Shown here: piece after piece, positions 1 through 13,514 of the stretch
Layout: each line of letters starts with the position of its first letter
Numbering within the stretch: position 1 is the first letter of the stretch
NCBI GenBank assembly: GCA_951406725.2
Contig: OX597838.1
Coordinates: 24,180,001 to 24,244,000 of the forward strand
Source: Octopus vulgaris
Taxonomy: Eukaryota
Reading direction: 5' to 3'
Length of the DNA: 64,000 nt
The notes under the pieces: generated by a model
The model's database searches: none
What the model was told of the DNA's origin: nothing
What the model saw: only the letters and a program-made list of their open reading frames with translations
Program-made: the position numbers and the translations under genes

Positions 1-2732
1 TTTCTACAGCTGGATGCCCTTCCTAACGCCAACCACTCTGAGAGTGTAGTGGGTGCTTTTACGTAACACCGGCACGAGGGCCAGTCAGGTGGTACTGGCA
101 ACGGCCATGCTCAAATGGTGAATTTATGTGCCACCTGCACACGAGCCAATCCAGTGGCACAGGCAATGACCTCGCTCAAATGTTTTTTCACATGCCACCA
201 GCACAAGTGCTAGTAAGGCAATGCAGGTAACGATCACGCTCAAATGGTGCTTTTAACGTGCCATCGGCATGTATATATATGTGTGTGTACATATATGTGT
301 GTGTGTGTGTATGTATATATATGTGTGTGCACCCACTACACTCACAGAGTGGTTGTCTTTTAGTCTTTGTGACATCGTTTTAGTAATGTTAGTAATATAT
401 ATATATATATATATATATATATTACTAACATTACTGTCGAACCGTCCAACCCATGCTAGCATGGAGAACGGACGTTAAACGATGATGATGATGATGTGTG
501 TGTGGCTATATCCTTCTTCAAAGTTTGAAGTAGCACTCACACTGGAGAACTGACCACTGTCCATGAGAGTGGTGGCACTGTTGTTGCAGCTACTACATAC
601 AAACACACCAGGGTGAAGTGTTCGGTTTAGGGACATTAAAAAAGTAAATAAAAATTGAGGGGAGATAACTAGTAAAGGGACATAAGTCAGTTTACTGTTA
701 AACAACAAATACTGTAGTAAGGATAACATGGTGAATTACAATTTCCGCAACATGTATAAATTCATAATTAGTCAATGCTGTGCCAACCACTGAAGAATCT
801 TGTCTCGTGATTCGGTTAATTGGGTGATATTCCAAGACTGATTCACGGTTGAGGGGTTTCAATATCAGGAACAATGAATTACGGTCCCGCTGGTCTTCCA
901 CGTGCCATTCTGATCAATTTCCAAAGTAAATGACATCCAGTATTTATGTTGACTTATGTATGTCCCTTTACTAATTATCTGCCCCTTAATTTTTATTCAC
1001 TTTTTTAATATCCCTAAACTGAACAGTTACCCACACCAGACTGAATCTAAAAACACGGCCATTCAACTAAATTACGAATGCTCCATCAACAACATGCTGC
1101 ATCCATTAGTTTCACAAAGGTGATATTTCTTCACTTTTGACTCTAAATACCAAAAAGAATCCTACTTTGTGGCAGTGTGCTGCTGCTACTAATACTACTA
1201 CTACTACTATTACTGAGTTGTCTCTTTCTTTTCTACTCTAGGCACAAGGCCCGAGATTTGTGGGAAGGGGGCCAGTTGATTAGATCGACCCCGGTACGCA
1301 ACTGGTACTTGATTTATTGACGCCGAAAGGATAAAAGGCAAAGTTGACCTTGGCGGAATTTGAACTCAGAATGTAGTGGCAGATGAAATACCCATTTCTT
1401 TACTACCCACAAGGGGCTAAACACAGAGAGGACAAACAAGGACAGACAAACGGATTAAGTCGATTATATCGACCCCAGTGTGTAACTGATACTTATTTAA
1501 TCGACCCCGAAAGGATGAAAGGCAAAGTCGACCTCGGCGGAATTTGAACTCAGAACATAACGGCAGATGAAATACCGCCAAGCATTTCGCCTGGCATGCT
1601 AATGTTTCTGCCAGCTCACCACCTTTGATGTTCTTCATATTCTTTTCTACTCTAGGCACAAGGCCTGAAATTTTGGTGGAGGGGTCCAGTCAGTTAGATC
1701 AACCCCAATACACAACTGGTACTTAATTTATTGACCCCAAAAGGATGAAAGGCAAGGTCAACCTCGGCGGAATTTGAACTCAGAATGTAAAGACATGAAA
1801 TACTGCCAAGCATTTCGCCCTGCATGCCAACGTTTCAGCCAGCTCACTGCCTTTACTAAATATTTTAATTTGACTGTGGTTTAATTTTTAATTATTGTGA
1901 TTTTATACGTGTTAGGTTTTTTGATATACTTGTTTTATATTGATATATTTGTTTCATAATGACAAAAGACCGAGACTTCTGGAGGTATGCTGTGACTGAG
2001 AAGACCCAGCAAATAAAGTGAGTCCACAGCTGTAACCTACACCAAGTTGCATAACCAGCCCATTCAAAAGTGCCTTGGATCGTAGGGCAACATGCTGCGC
2101 TTGAGGAGACCTACTAAGTCAGGTACATCAACATCGGCAATATCAAAATCACATGAAAAGCACCATCCGAATGTGACCGATGCCAGTGCTGCCTTGACTG
2201 GCTTCCATACCGGTGGCATGTAAAAAGCACCATCCGATTGTGGTCGATGCCAGCTCCTCTGGACCATGCCGGTGGAACGTAATAAGCACCCACTACACTC
2301 TCGGAATGGTTGGCGTTAGGAAGGGCATCCAGCTGTAGAAACACTGCCAGATCAGATTGGGGACTGATGCAACCTCCTGGCTACCCAGACCCCAGTCGAA
2401 CCGTCCAACCCATGCCATCATGGAAAACGGAGGTTAAACGATGATGAGGATGATAATGATGATGATTGTTGCAGATCTTATTTTGTTTTTATATATCTGT
2501 TATAAATTATTTAATATTTTTATAGAAAGATAGCAATAAGAAGAGTATTTAAGTTTTAAGACATTGGTTTTGAATATATGGAAGTGGGGTGCATTTTCCC
2601 TTAAAAACTTTTTCCCACCAATGTCAGGTGAATTGGGTCAGGGAGATAGATGGCAAAAATGATGGGGGGGGGAAAGGGATTGAAATGAGTTAAAAAAAGA
2701 AAATATCCCCGAATTAATTCCAAATTGCTCAC

Positions 2733-2856
2733 CTGTACATCTCTTTTGTAGAACCTTGATTTCTTCATGCATTCCTTTCAAAGTCTTAGCATGTTGCTGA
2801 CGTAAGAACAACATCTCACTCTCCAAGTTCCGGCGCTGTATGGGACTTTCAGACAT
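2733..2856 (-). CDS. CCDC92: CCDC92-like coiled-coil protein, N-terminal coding exon (exon 2733-2893; rest of gene probably left of the window)
   Basis: MSESPIQRRNLESEMLFLRQQHAKTLKGMHEEIKVLQKRCT matches the CCDC92/CCDC74 N-terminal motif, closer to CCDC92 (HAxTLKGxH...CT). Acceptor pyrimidine tract and ccag at 2894; donor AG|GTGAG, phase 1. The frame is also open for 12 codons upstream of the ATG. Confidence 0.82.
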
Positions 2857-3024
2857 CTTGGATTTATTAGAATAGCTGTTATTGTTGTCAAATCTGGCAG
2901 AGTCAAAAGAAAAGAAAGAAAAAAATAGAATGAAATTGATCGATTTTTAGCAAAAAAAAATGTAAAGACAAAAAAGAAAAAAAAACAAAATAAGAGTTTT
3001 TAATATCAATTATTGAAGAATAGG

Positions 3025-3765
3025 ATGGAGAAAGTTCAGAGAGCTTTTACCTCTGTTGGCAACCAAAAACCTCTCCCTGAATGAAGGGAAGATTGTACGA
3101 TGCCTGTGTACAAAATGTGATGCTGCATGGTAGTGAAACATAGGACATAAGAAGGCTGGAGAGGAACAAAGCTGGTATGCTCTACCGGATGTGCAGTGTC
3201 AGTGTGCATGTGCAACAAAGTATTGGTGTATGGAGAGAGAAGTTGGAAATAAGAGGAATTATGTGCAGTGTGCGTGAAAGGAGACGGTGCCAGTTTGGTC
3301 ATGTGATGTGTATGGATGAGGACAGTTGTGTAAAGAAGTGCCAATCACTTAAAGTGGAGGAAAGTTGTGGAAGAGAAAGACTCGAGAAGATATGGAATGA
3401 TGACCAATCTCAAAATGCTGAACTTTACAAAAGGGATGACAGAGGACCAAGATATATGGTGCAATGTTGTACTTGAGAAGACCTGCCCACCACAAGGGAA
3501 TTGAGATCCTAAAACCAAGGTGGTGCATAAAAAGCATTGGTGTGCATACTGGTGCCACATAAAAAGCACTGGTAATGGTGTTACGTAAAATGCATCCAGT
3601 ACACTCTGTGAAGTGGTTGGCATTAGGAAGGGCATCCAGCCATAGGAACCTAGCCAAAATAGACTATGGAGCCTGGTGTGGCCCCTGGCCTAGCCAATTC
3701 CTGTCGAGCTGTCCAACCCATGCCAGCATGGAAAACAGACATAAATGTTGATGATGATGATGATT
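3025..3765 (+). mobile_element. RTE-clade LINE 3' fragment ending in (GAT)n
   Basis: Degenerate GRLYDACV...MLHGSET...FGHVMCMDEDSCVKKC; same family as 16030 and 26110. Confidence 0.8.
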
Positions 3766-4214
3766 TTATTTCAGGGAAACTAAAACTATTTCTATAACAC
3801 TTTAGCAACATGTGAGAGGATAGGTGCATGCATGTATTTTAGGGGGTTGACCTCACCCCCACCAACAAACTCAAGCATGATCAAAGTCATAATAATAATG
3901 ATGATGACGACGACGATGGCCACCACCACCACCACTATCATAGTTTTAATGTCCACTTTTCCTTGCTTGCATGAATCAGAAGAAATTTCTTGAGACAGAT
4001 TTTCTACAGCTGGGTGCCCATGTACCCTTCCTGTTGCCAATCCAAGTAAGGTAATATTTACCCATGGCTAGACATGGCTTCATGTTCAGTTCCACTGCAT
4101 TGCACCTTGGGCAAGTGTCTTCTATTAGAAACCCTTGCCAGCCAATGTCTTCTGAGTAGATAGAAACTGTGTGGAAACCCATTATACATACATTCATACA
4201 CATATGCATGTGTG

Positions 4215-4904
4215 TAAATTTGTATGTTTTGTTTTATATATATATCTTCTCATGCATATAGTTGCATGTCTAGACATGCTCATATATACTTAAATGATAA
4301 ACTTCTTGGAAGGCATTAGATTTTTATGGTCCCAGTGATGGCTTGGTTCTCTGAATCAGCTTTCTCCTTTCTGGCTTTGAGAGGCCTTAATTTCTCAAGA
4401 TAAGTATTTAGGCAATGTGTTACAGAACCTAGTTCCCCAATAATTACAGATATAAACCTGAACTTGTAACCTTGTAAGTATATATGAGCATGTCTAGACA
4501 TGCAACTATATGCATGAGAAGATATATATAAAACAAAACATACAAATTTACACACACACACATATGTGTATGAATGTATGTATAATGGGTTTCCACACAG
4601 TTTCTATCTACTCAGAAGACAATAGTTCAGCTTAGGTATTTTCTTTTTCTCTCATCTTTATCTTCATGTTCAAATCCGCTGGGCAGCTGACTTCCACAAC
4701 TGTACACAGATTCTTTTCTCTATCCCAAATCATTATATCGGGTCTATTACATTTACATTTTATTGTTTTCACTGGGACGTTCCACCAGTGCTCCTTCTTA
4801 TTGTGAGTGGCTATAGCTTACACCATACTGTGGGCCCTTATTTCTTTGGCTTCAAGGTTATCCCTCCAATGGATCTCACTATACAGTGTCTTAGCCACAT
4901 CATG
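4215..4904 (-). mobile_element. 5'-truncated R4/Dong-like non-LTR retrotransposon (restriction-like endonuclease domain and 3' UTR)
   Basis: - strand reads HDVAKTLY...WWNVPVKT...NRPDIMIWDREKNLCTVVEVSCP...KEN and YKFRFISVIIGELGSV...QAITGTIKI; flanked by microsatellite; interrupted at 4475-4621. Confidence 0.8.
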
Positions 4905-4964
4905 TATGTATGTATATATGTGTGTGTGTGTGTATATATATATATATGTATGTCTGTATGTGTT

Positions 4965-5048
<84 letters not shown>

Positions 5049-5164
5049 ATGTATGTGTGTGTATATATATGTATGTCTGTATGAGTGAATGTATGTATGA
5101 ATGAATGAATGAGCTTCCAACCGATGTCCATTTTTTAACAATCATGTGCTAACTGATCCCCCAG

Positions 5165-5340
5165 TACCATCAGCCTACACATAAACATCTGGTTCTATAA
5201 GAGCATAGTTCTACCAACAGTTCCCTATGCCAACAAGAGATGGAAGAACACTGCAAAGATTGACAGAAAGCTAGATGTGTTCCACCAAAGTTGCTTGAGA
5301 AAGTATAATCAACAGAGTGGACCAAAAGCAGCAGTGACTT
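5165..5340 (+). mobile_element. RTE LINE RT C-terminal fragment
   Basis: FYKSIVLPTVPYA...W...KLDVFHQSCLRK. Confidence 0.6.
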
Positions 5341-6529
5341 GGGATTGAAATTTATATTGGTTTCAAATATTGGCACAAAGCCAGCAGGTTTGGGGGGAAA
5401 GGAGTAAGTTGATTACATTGACCCCAGTGCGTAACTGGTACTTATTTTATTGATTCCAAAAGGATGAAACACGAAGTTGACCATGGCAGAATTTGAACTC
5501 AGAATGTGAAAATGGACGAAATGCGACTAAGCATTTAGCCTGGCACACTACCAATTCTTATTTCTTTATTGCCCCCAAAGGGCTAAACATAGAGGGGACA
5601 AACAAGGACAGACAAAGGGATTAAGTTGATTACATCGACCCCAGTGCTTAATTTATCGACCCCGAAAGGATGAAAGGCAAAGTCGACCTCAGCAGAATTA
5701 GAACTCAGAACGTAATGGCAGACGAAATACCGCTAAGAATTTCGCCTAGCGTGCTAACAATTCTGCCAGCTCGCCACCTTTCATACCAATTCCACCAGCT
5801 TGCACACTAACAATTCTGCCATCTTGCTACCTTGTATATGTGTAACATACTGGTTTCAAATTTTGACACAAGGCCAGCAGGGTTTTTTTTTGGTGAGGGG
5901 ATAAGTCGATTACATCAACCACCACCACCACCACCAGCACTCAACTGGTATTTAATTTATCAACTCCAAAAGGATGAAAGGCAAAGTCGACTTCAGAAGA
6001 CTATGAACCCAAAACGTGAAGACGGACAAAATGCCACTAAGCAGTATGCTTGGCATGCTAACGATTCTGCCAGCCGGCCACCTTGGGACTGAAATTGATA
6101 TTTTCACAGAAATATTTGACTTTGGGGTGGAAACATTCAGCAAATGATTTGGGTGAATCAAACTGTGTCTATCGCACGATTTTCTGCTAGATTTCCATAC
6201 AACAGGCAGATTACATTTCACACACCTGTCATTGTTCTTAACCTATCAGAATGATAAACAAGCAATGGCTTAACCCTTTAGCATTCAGATTATTCTGTCA
6301 AATGTAATGCTTAAGGTCTCTGTATAGTGTATATCTACTTCTCTATCTTCAATGGTGCAGGAAATTCCAATACACCCTGGGCGTTAGTAAATTTTCTGAT
6401 TTCCCCTCTTATCTCAATGCTATGGAGATGAGATAATTTCTTGATTTTTTTCAAACCACTCACATGAAAGAGCAATCATTTGAGTGACTTTCCCATTTCC
6501 TTGTTTCAACTGATAAAAAATAATTTTAA

Positions 6530-6749
6530 CCCTTTAGTGTTCAAATTAATATGTCATAAGTAATTCTTATTCATTTACATTTTAAAAAATTAATCTGGTA
6601 TTATCTTGTAGCTTCAAGATTTGAAAGATGTAATTGTTTATTTTTAGAATGACATTGCAGGGTAGGTGTGAGATGCTGGTTCTGATCACTTTGAGCATAA
6701 AATGAGTAGAATATTTGGGCCGGATATAGCCGGTTTAAACACTAGAGGG
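6530..6749. mobile_element. piggyBac-type MITE
   Basis: TTAA|CCCTTTAGTGTTCAAA ... TTTAAACACTAGAGGG|TTAA terminal inverted repeats with TTAA duplication; partial copy at about 6270. Confidence 0.8.
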
Positions 6750-7079
6750 TTAATGCCTTTTGCTAGACGATGTGCTGAGAGAGTGGTGACTGATGCCATG
6801 GCATGCCATTTCCTCAAACACTTAACATTTTCTCCATGTTTACATTGTAAATTTGTTTAGCAATACTACACCATCATCATCATTTAACGTCCGTTTTCCA
6901 CCCCTATGGATGCACTGCAGTTACTCTCATGATAGAGCTTGGTGATTCTGACTACTGATCTTCTGGGATTCCTCTGCTCGGCATCAATGGCTCAGTCAAG
7001 CTCCTCTGCCATGCTGTAGTCCCATGACTTCACCATATCCCTGGCAGTGTGGTTGAACAGGTGCTATGCCTTGCCAAAG

Positions 7080-8160
7080 GGCAACCCATAACTATGCTCC
7101 TCCTTCTTTTGTCCAGATGTGGTATCCACTCTGTCAATTTGGTATTCCATCTATTGTCCTTCCTTCTAAACACAGCTGACACAAGAGCTTTTATTTCCAG
7201 ATAATATCCATTAATCTTGTCGCCACTCCTTATCCTGTTTCTCCACTTATCCATTTTGTTAATCTTCAGTATTTCCCTTTCCATGGTTCTTAGTGTTGCT
7301 CTTAATGTATTTTCAATACTCTTGTTGGTAGTCCACATTCCTGATGCATATGTAATGGTAGGCATTACACACTGTGATTAGATGTTTGGAGATTATCTTT
7401 GTTTTACTAATATAAATTCCAAGCCCATATTTTTAGCTTTCTTCTTTTAGTTCTCTGAGCATTTCTGTTGATTCTTCAATGATGCTCCTGGAAACGAGTT
7501 TTGTTTTGTTCCTTCTCGAGCCATGCCAGGCTCATAAGGGTCAGTTTCCCGGTTTCCTTGGCATATAGGTTCCCCACCTGAACAGGATGCCGGTCCGTCG
7601 CAGGTGAGCTGCAAGATGCAGGAGGAAAGAGTGAGAGAAAGTTGTGGTGAAAGAGTCAGCAGAAGTTCGCCATTACCTTCTGCCAGAGCTACGTGGAGCT
7701 TAGGTGTTTCGCTCATAAACACACACATCACCCAGTTTGAGATTCGAACCTGTGATCCCTCGACTGCGAGTCCGCAGCTCTAACCACTAGGCCATGTGCC
7801 TCCACTGGAAACGAGTACAATATCATCAGTGAATTTGAGATGATTTAGCATGCATCCATTTATATTTATTCCTTTGTCTGACCAATAGAAGTTTTTAACA
7901 ACCTTTTCTAATACAGACAGGAATTATTTCAGTGATATCATGTCTCCTTGTCTGACTCCTTCACCAGTTTCGATGTCAACTACTTTGTTGTTCATAGATG
8001 CTGCAGTTCTACAGTCGATGTACATATTCCCAAATAACTTCAAATAGTCTCCTCCGATTCCCTTTTCCTCCTCTTAATACATCACTAATTTTCATGGAAT
8101 CAAAAGCTTTTTCAAAATCTACAAATGTTTTGCATAATGGTATGTTCTAAGTTGGGCATT
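7080..8160 (-). mobile_element. Decayed RTE-clade LINE (RT domain), split by a SINE
   Basis: FVDFEKAFDS, GVRQGDMISLK.F, LKFTDDIVL, TMEREILKI, DNRWNTKLTEWIP motifs. Confidence 0.8.
7500..7805 (-). mobile_element. tRNA-derived SINE, full length with TSD
   Basis: A box TGGCCTAGTGG and B box GGTTCGAATC on the - strand; TSD TGGAAACGAGT at 7489-7499 and 7806-7816. Confidence 0.9.
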
Positions 8161-8469
8161 TTATGTACACACACACACACATACATATATCATCATCATC
8201 ATCATCGTCATTTAACATATCTACATGTTTTTTTTCTGTCTCTGATTTTTCGTTCTCTCTCCATTTTTTTTTTACCTCTCAACCCTTTCTGTCAAAGAGC
8301 ATAGGCTAGAAACGTCAAAGACTTTTCCATTCTTCACGAGCATCAAACTAGCACATCTGCTTGTTGTTCCCTCACCTGTCTTCATCTTTTGTTTTAAGTA
8401 AATTTGAACTATACAAGGGAGTATCCGGACGCTTTTGCCAAATGACTTCCCTCAAATACTTGTCCTCCA

Positions 8470-8903
8470 ACAATTCTCACATACAAACTGATCAATTTTC
8501 TCCATATTTTGTGGGGTGACACTCATGGCAGGCCTTCATTGTCATCCAAGGATGTTCTTCTGCTTTTGAAGTGTCCATGCCACTCAAAGCATTACGTATG
8601 ACCCATTGCCTCATCATCGTAAGCTTGCTGAAGCATGCTCAGTGTCTTTGTAGCAGACTTCCCAAGTTCAATGCAAAATTTCACATTGGCTCATTCTTCC
8701 TGTCCATGACAAAATCACAGACTACAGCATACACGTGATCACAAAAACACAAATTTCACAACTTACAAAATAAACACAGTGATATCACTTAGCACACTGC
8801 CTCATGAAGGTCACTGCTAGCTCTCACTGTGCATGCAACCATGTGCTGCCATCTGTTGGCATGCTACAGAACTAGTCCAGGAACTTTTTGATACCACCTC
8901 GTA
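8470..8903 (-). mobile_element. mariner transposon 5' end fragment
   Basis: TIR TA|CGAGGTGGTATCAAAAAGTTCC and degenerate N-terminal HTH (VKFCIELGKSATKTLSML.QAY); same family at 43278. Confidence 0.75.
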
Positions 8904-9544
8904 TAGTATATTATTATAAATATATATTGTATATTATATATTATATAGATATTGCGTGTATATATATATATATATTGTATGGGTGTATATATATATCATC
9001 ATCATCATTTAACGTCTGCTTTCCATGCTAGCATGGGTTGGACGATTTGACTGAGGACTGGCGAACCAGATGGCTGCACCAGGCCCCACTCTGATCTGGC
9101 AGAGTTTCTACAGCTGGATGCCCTTCCTAGCACCAACCACTCTGAGAGTGTAGTGGGTGCTTTTACGTGCCAGTCTGGTGGTACTGGCAACAGCCATGCT
9201 CAGATGGTGTTTTTTACGTGCCACCTGCACAGGAGTCAGTCCAGCAGTACTGGCAACGACTTGCTCGAATGTTTTGTTCACGTTCCACCGGCACAAGTAC
9301 CAATAAGGCGATGCTGGTAATGATCAAGCTCAAATAGTGCTATTTACGTTCCACCTGCATGGAAGCCAGACAGCTGCTCTGGCAGTGATCCCGCTCCGAT
9401 GGAGCTTTTAGCGCTCTACTGGCAAGGGTGCCAGTCATCGAATTTGGTTCAATTTCGATTTCACTTGCTCCAACAGGTCTTCACAAGCAGAGTTTAGTGC
9501 CCAATGAAGGAAGGTTGGCATGGGTGCCAGTCGATTTGGTTCGA

Positions 9545-9591
<47 letters not shown>

Positions 9592-9604
9592 CATTAGTTA
9601 TATA

Positions 9605-10460
9605 CAGGGTGTGGTGAATAAACTATCATCTAAATTATGCAAAAATGAAAATAATACTGACATCTCATTTTAATAGATATATTTACCAAAATTACATAAA
9701 AATATCTTGAAATACTAAAGAGTAAATTTATTCAGTAAAATCACCATTGGCTTCAACTACGGCCTCCAAACAACTTCAGAATCTCCTGCAACTCTTCTGG
9801 ACAGTCTCCTTGTTGAAGTTGGTGAATGCTGCCATAATCCTTGCCTTCAGTCCATCTTGGGTGTTACAAGGAGTTCTGTTGGTCTCTCGCTCAACTGCGC
9901 CCCACACATAATAATCAAAGGGCTTGCAGTCAGGTAGTGATCAGATTTTAGGGGTGATGTGCTTGCAGAAATTATCTGACAGCCATTACTGGGTTCTCCA
10001 CTTGTGTAGCATGGTGCAGAGTCCTGTTGCCATACATAGGGTCTTTTAGCAGCCACCTTCTTGACCCAGGGCAACACTACCTCCGCTAGGCACTTGATGT
10101 AGGCCTCCATGTTGAGTTTGAGGCCGTGAGGAAAGATGAATGGAGGCATAATGTTGCCATCACTGATGATCACTCCAAACACCATGATGTGGACTGGATG
10201 TTTGATTTTTATCACTCTGTTCTCTGATTGACACCCAAACACTGTGAAATGTTCGTATCCGTGCTCCTGGTACGAATGTCAAGCAGTACAGCATGTCATT
10301 TCCAAATTTCTGGCAGAGTGAATTGCGCCATGGTGCTATTTTTCTCTCAGACAGTGCCCAATTGACCCTACTATACTGTGTAGTTGGCAAAATCAAAAGC
10401 AAACAATGCACATGCTTGAAATTAAAGATATAAAATAGCAACAATTTACCCATTGCACTA

Positions 10461-10462
<2 letters not shown>
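9605..10462 (-). mobile_element. Internally deleted Tc1/mariner-superfamily (maT-like) transposon
   Basis: KHPVHIMVFGVI...WQQDSAPC catalytic segment; degenerate TIRs at both ends with TA flanks. Confidence 0.8.
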
Positions 10463-10496
<34 letters not shown>

Positions 10497-11416
10497 AAAT
10501 GAGAAAATGGAGAAATATATCTAAATCAATCATCAACCATCAGATAATACCCAATCAATACTTTATTAAACCATTACACAATAGCAATGATATTATACAT
10601 TAATATATCTTGTTATATTTGTACTATATTAATGTATAATATCATTGCTATTGTGTAATGGTTTAATAAAGTATTGATTGGGTATTATCTGATGGTTGAT
10701 GATTGATTTAGATATATTTCTCCATTTTCTCATTTTGTATTATTAATTTATGGTAAAAATAATTTTACCTTTGCCCACATAATACAGTAGATGAATTAAT
10801 TGCATCACAATTTTTAACATTTATGTATTAGCTTTGTTGGGTACTTCTCTAGCAGTATATTGGACATATGTTATCCCATGGAGGGTTGAATTTACAACCC
10901 CTATCTCATTTTATATATATATATATATGTGTGTCAGCTTTTCTCCATTTTGATGGAGATTTTTCAAATTTGCTTTTCACAACACTCTTGCAAATGATGG
11001 GAGGAAACTTTTTATGAAAGACATTTTTGAAAATTTATGAGTTATTTCAAACTTCCTCTCCAAGTCAGTACCAATTTTGACTAGTGTTTATTAATTTTTA
11101 TTTTTCTTTGCACTATTCACTTAAAAACAATGGGAGAAGTCTTCAAGGTTAAAAAGAAGAATTTTGTAAATCAGAGATTACCATTATAATCTCTCTACTT
11201 CCTTTATTTTCAAACAGAAAATGAAACGTAATTTAAAAACAATAATGAAATTTTTTTTTAGTTTTTTTTCATTCAACTCCACCCCCACCCCAGACATCCT
11301 AAAATTTTAGCTTTTCTTCGAAATCCAACTTATGTGGGTGTACTATTTACTATTCCAAAAGCCCGTAAGGCAATTCTATTGTGAAAATTACCCACCAACA
11401 ACATGATACTCAGCTA

Positions 11417-11456
<40 letters not shown>

Positions 11457-11592
11457 GGCCACAGCTCGTGAGCTGAAACTAGATAAAATGATAAAATGAA
11501 ATATATATATATATATATTTATAATAAGTGTAGGTCGTATACGAGTGGGTATATATTTATAAAAAAGAAGTTTGAAAACACCACTATATAAG

Positions 11593-11624
<32 letters not shown>

Positions 11625-12493
11625 CCATGTAAGCATGGAAAGTGGACATTAAAAGATGATAATGATGATGGTGATGATGATGATGATGATACACACACAA
11701 CAGGTCTCTTTCCATTTCTGCTTACCAAATCCACTCACAAGGTTTTGGTCAAGTTGGCGCTATAGTAAGGGACACTTGCCAAAGGTACCATACAGTGGAA
11801 GTGAACCTGAAACCTTGTGGTTGGGAAGCAAATTTCTTAACCACACAACCGTGCCTGTGCCTATCCAAATTTAATAGGATGAAAATGAAAGTCATCTAAG
11901 ATAATGCCAATCAAATATATGTATGATCATGGACGTTCCATCCATGACCATTCTGTCATCATTTATTCAGACATGGTATACATTTTATATAAGAGTATAT
12001 GAGTTAATAATATCTCTTTCCATCTTTAGGATGATTTAGCTGCTATTTCTAGAAGGCTCTCCAGTTGGCAGTTGTTGTTTAGACCCAGATAACACCCAAA
12101 TGAGCAGATCTATTAACAGAAGTATTCCAAATGTGACCATCTCGACTTTTTGAATAGGCAGGATAACATTATCTAGCCTGTCATTTAACAGAGAGAGCGG
12201 GGAGAGAAGTGTGTAGTACATGAGTTGAGGGAGATTTAACTACTGTGTCGGGCCGTTCCTTCTACGAGGTACAAACGAAGAAGATTATCTCGTTGACATG
12301 TTTAGTTTAGAGGCCAGACTCATATTAAGTCCAAAAGATGGAAATGATTCGATGTTTCCCACCGATTATCCAACTCTCCTACATTTTATTATTCAAAGAT
12401 ACCCGAGATTAATAAATAAAGGAAGAATTCAGACAAAGAAAGAAAGAAAAAAAATAACAACGAAAATAATCTACATTTATGTATGTCACTTAC

Positions 12494-12593
12494 CTGGAGG
12501 AATGTCTTGGATAAGAAACACATTGCAAAATTTCGAATTTGTGTAGCTTATTCCATAGCGTCGTGAAATACAACTAAATTGTTTCTAGTTATT
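12494..12593 (-). other. Candidate 5' UTR exon of the CCDC92-like gene
   Basis: Long pyrimidine tract plus ctag acceptor and a perfect donor CAG|GTAAGT on the - strand. Further - strand donors near 13002 and 13885. Confidence 0.45.
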
Positions 12594-13454
12594 CTAGTAA
12601 GAAAAAGAAGAAGAAGAAAAAAAAGACAGTGGATTATTCTTCACTTTAGAAAAAATGCAGCGAAATGCCATTACTTGCGTGAAAATTACAAAAGAAAAAA
12701 AAATTTGAAAATTAAGTATTCAAAATTTTGGGGAGAGAAACCATTCTTATCCAAGCTTCTCTTCTGGTGTCTCCTTCACAAACAAACCACGCAAAACAGA
12801 GAGAGAAAAAGGGAAGACAGCAATATTTATCAGCACTTTTACAATAAAGATTACTTTAAAATCAATAATGTATTGTTCTTCTTATTATTATTATCGTTTT
12901 ATCAATCTATTTTTTTTCATCTTCGTTCGTAAATTCATCGTTTTCGAAAAGACACACACTATTCTGTGCCGTCTAAATGAAGTTCATTTTCACAACCTTA
13001 CCTTCTCAAATCGTATCCTAACACTTTCAAACAGGCAAGGCCATACTACTAAAAATATATATGTGTATACAGAAAGACGGGATGATCAAGGCTGGAACGG
13101 CCTCGATCATATGGTCAACACAATCGGGGGGCGACCCAGGGCTAAACAACAACTGCCAACACTCTTATGTCTGTAAGTCTTGGCGTCTGTGTTTGTATGA
13201 ATGAATGAATGTGTGTGTCAAAACAGAAATATGTCGAGCGTGTTGACCAAATATTAAACATACCCACACACAAATCACGAAATCGTTTCATCTAAATGTT
13301 GTTTATATATATACACTCATGTGATTGCTTATACACACTCGTACATACATAAATACACATGATAGGCATAAATGTACGTATATACATACATAACTACATA
13401 CGTACAAACATATATACATACATAATATACAAATGTGTGTGTGTATGTATGTAT

Positions 13455-13514
<60 letters not shown>

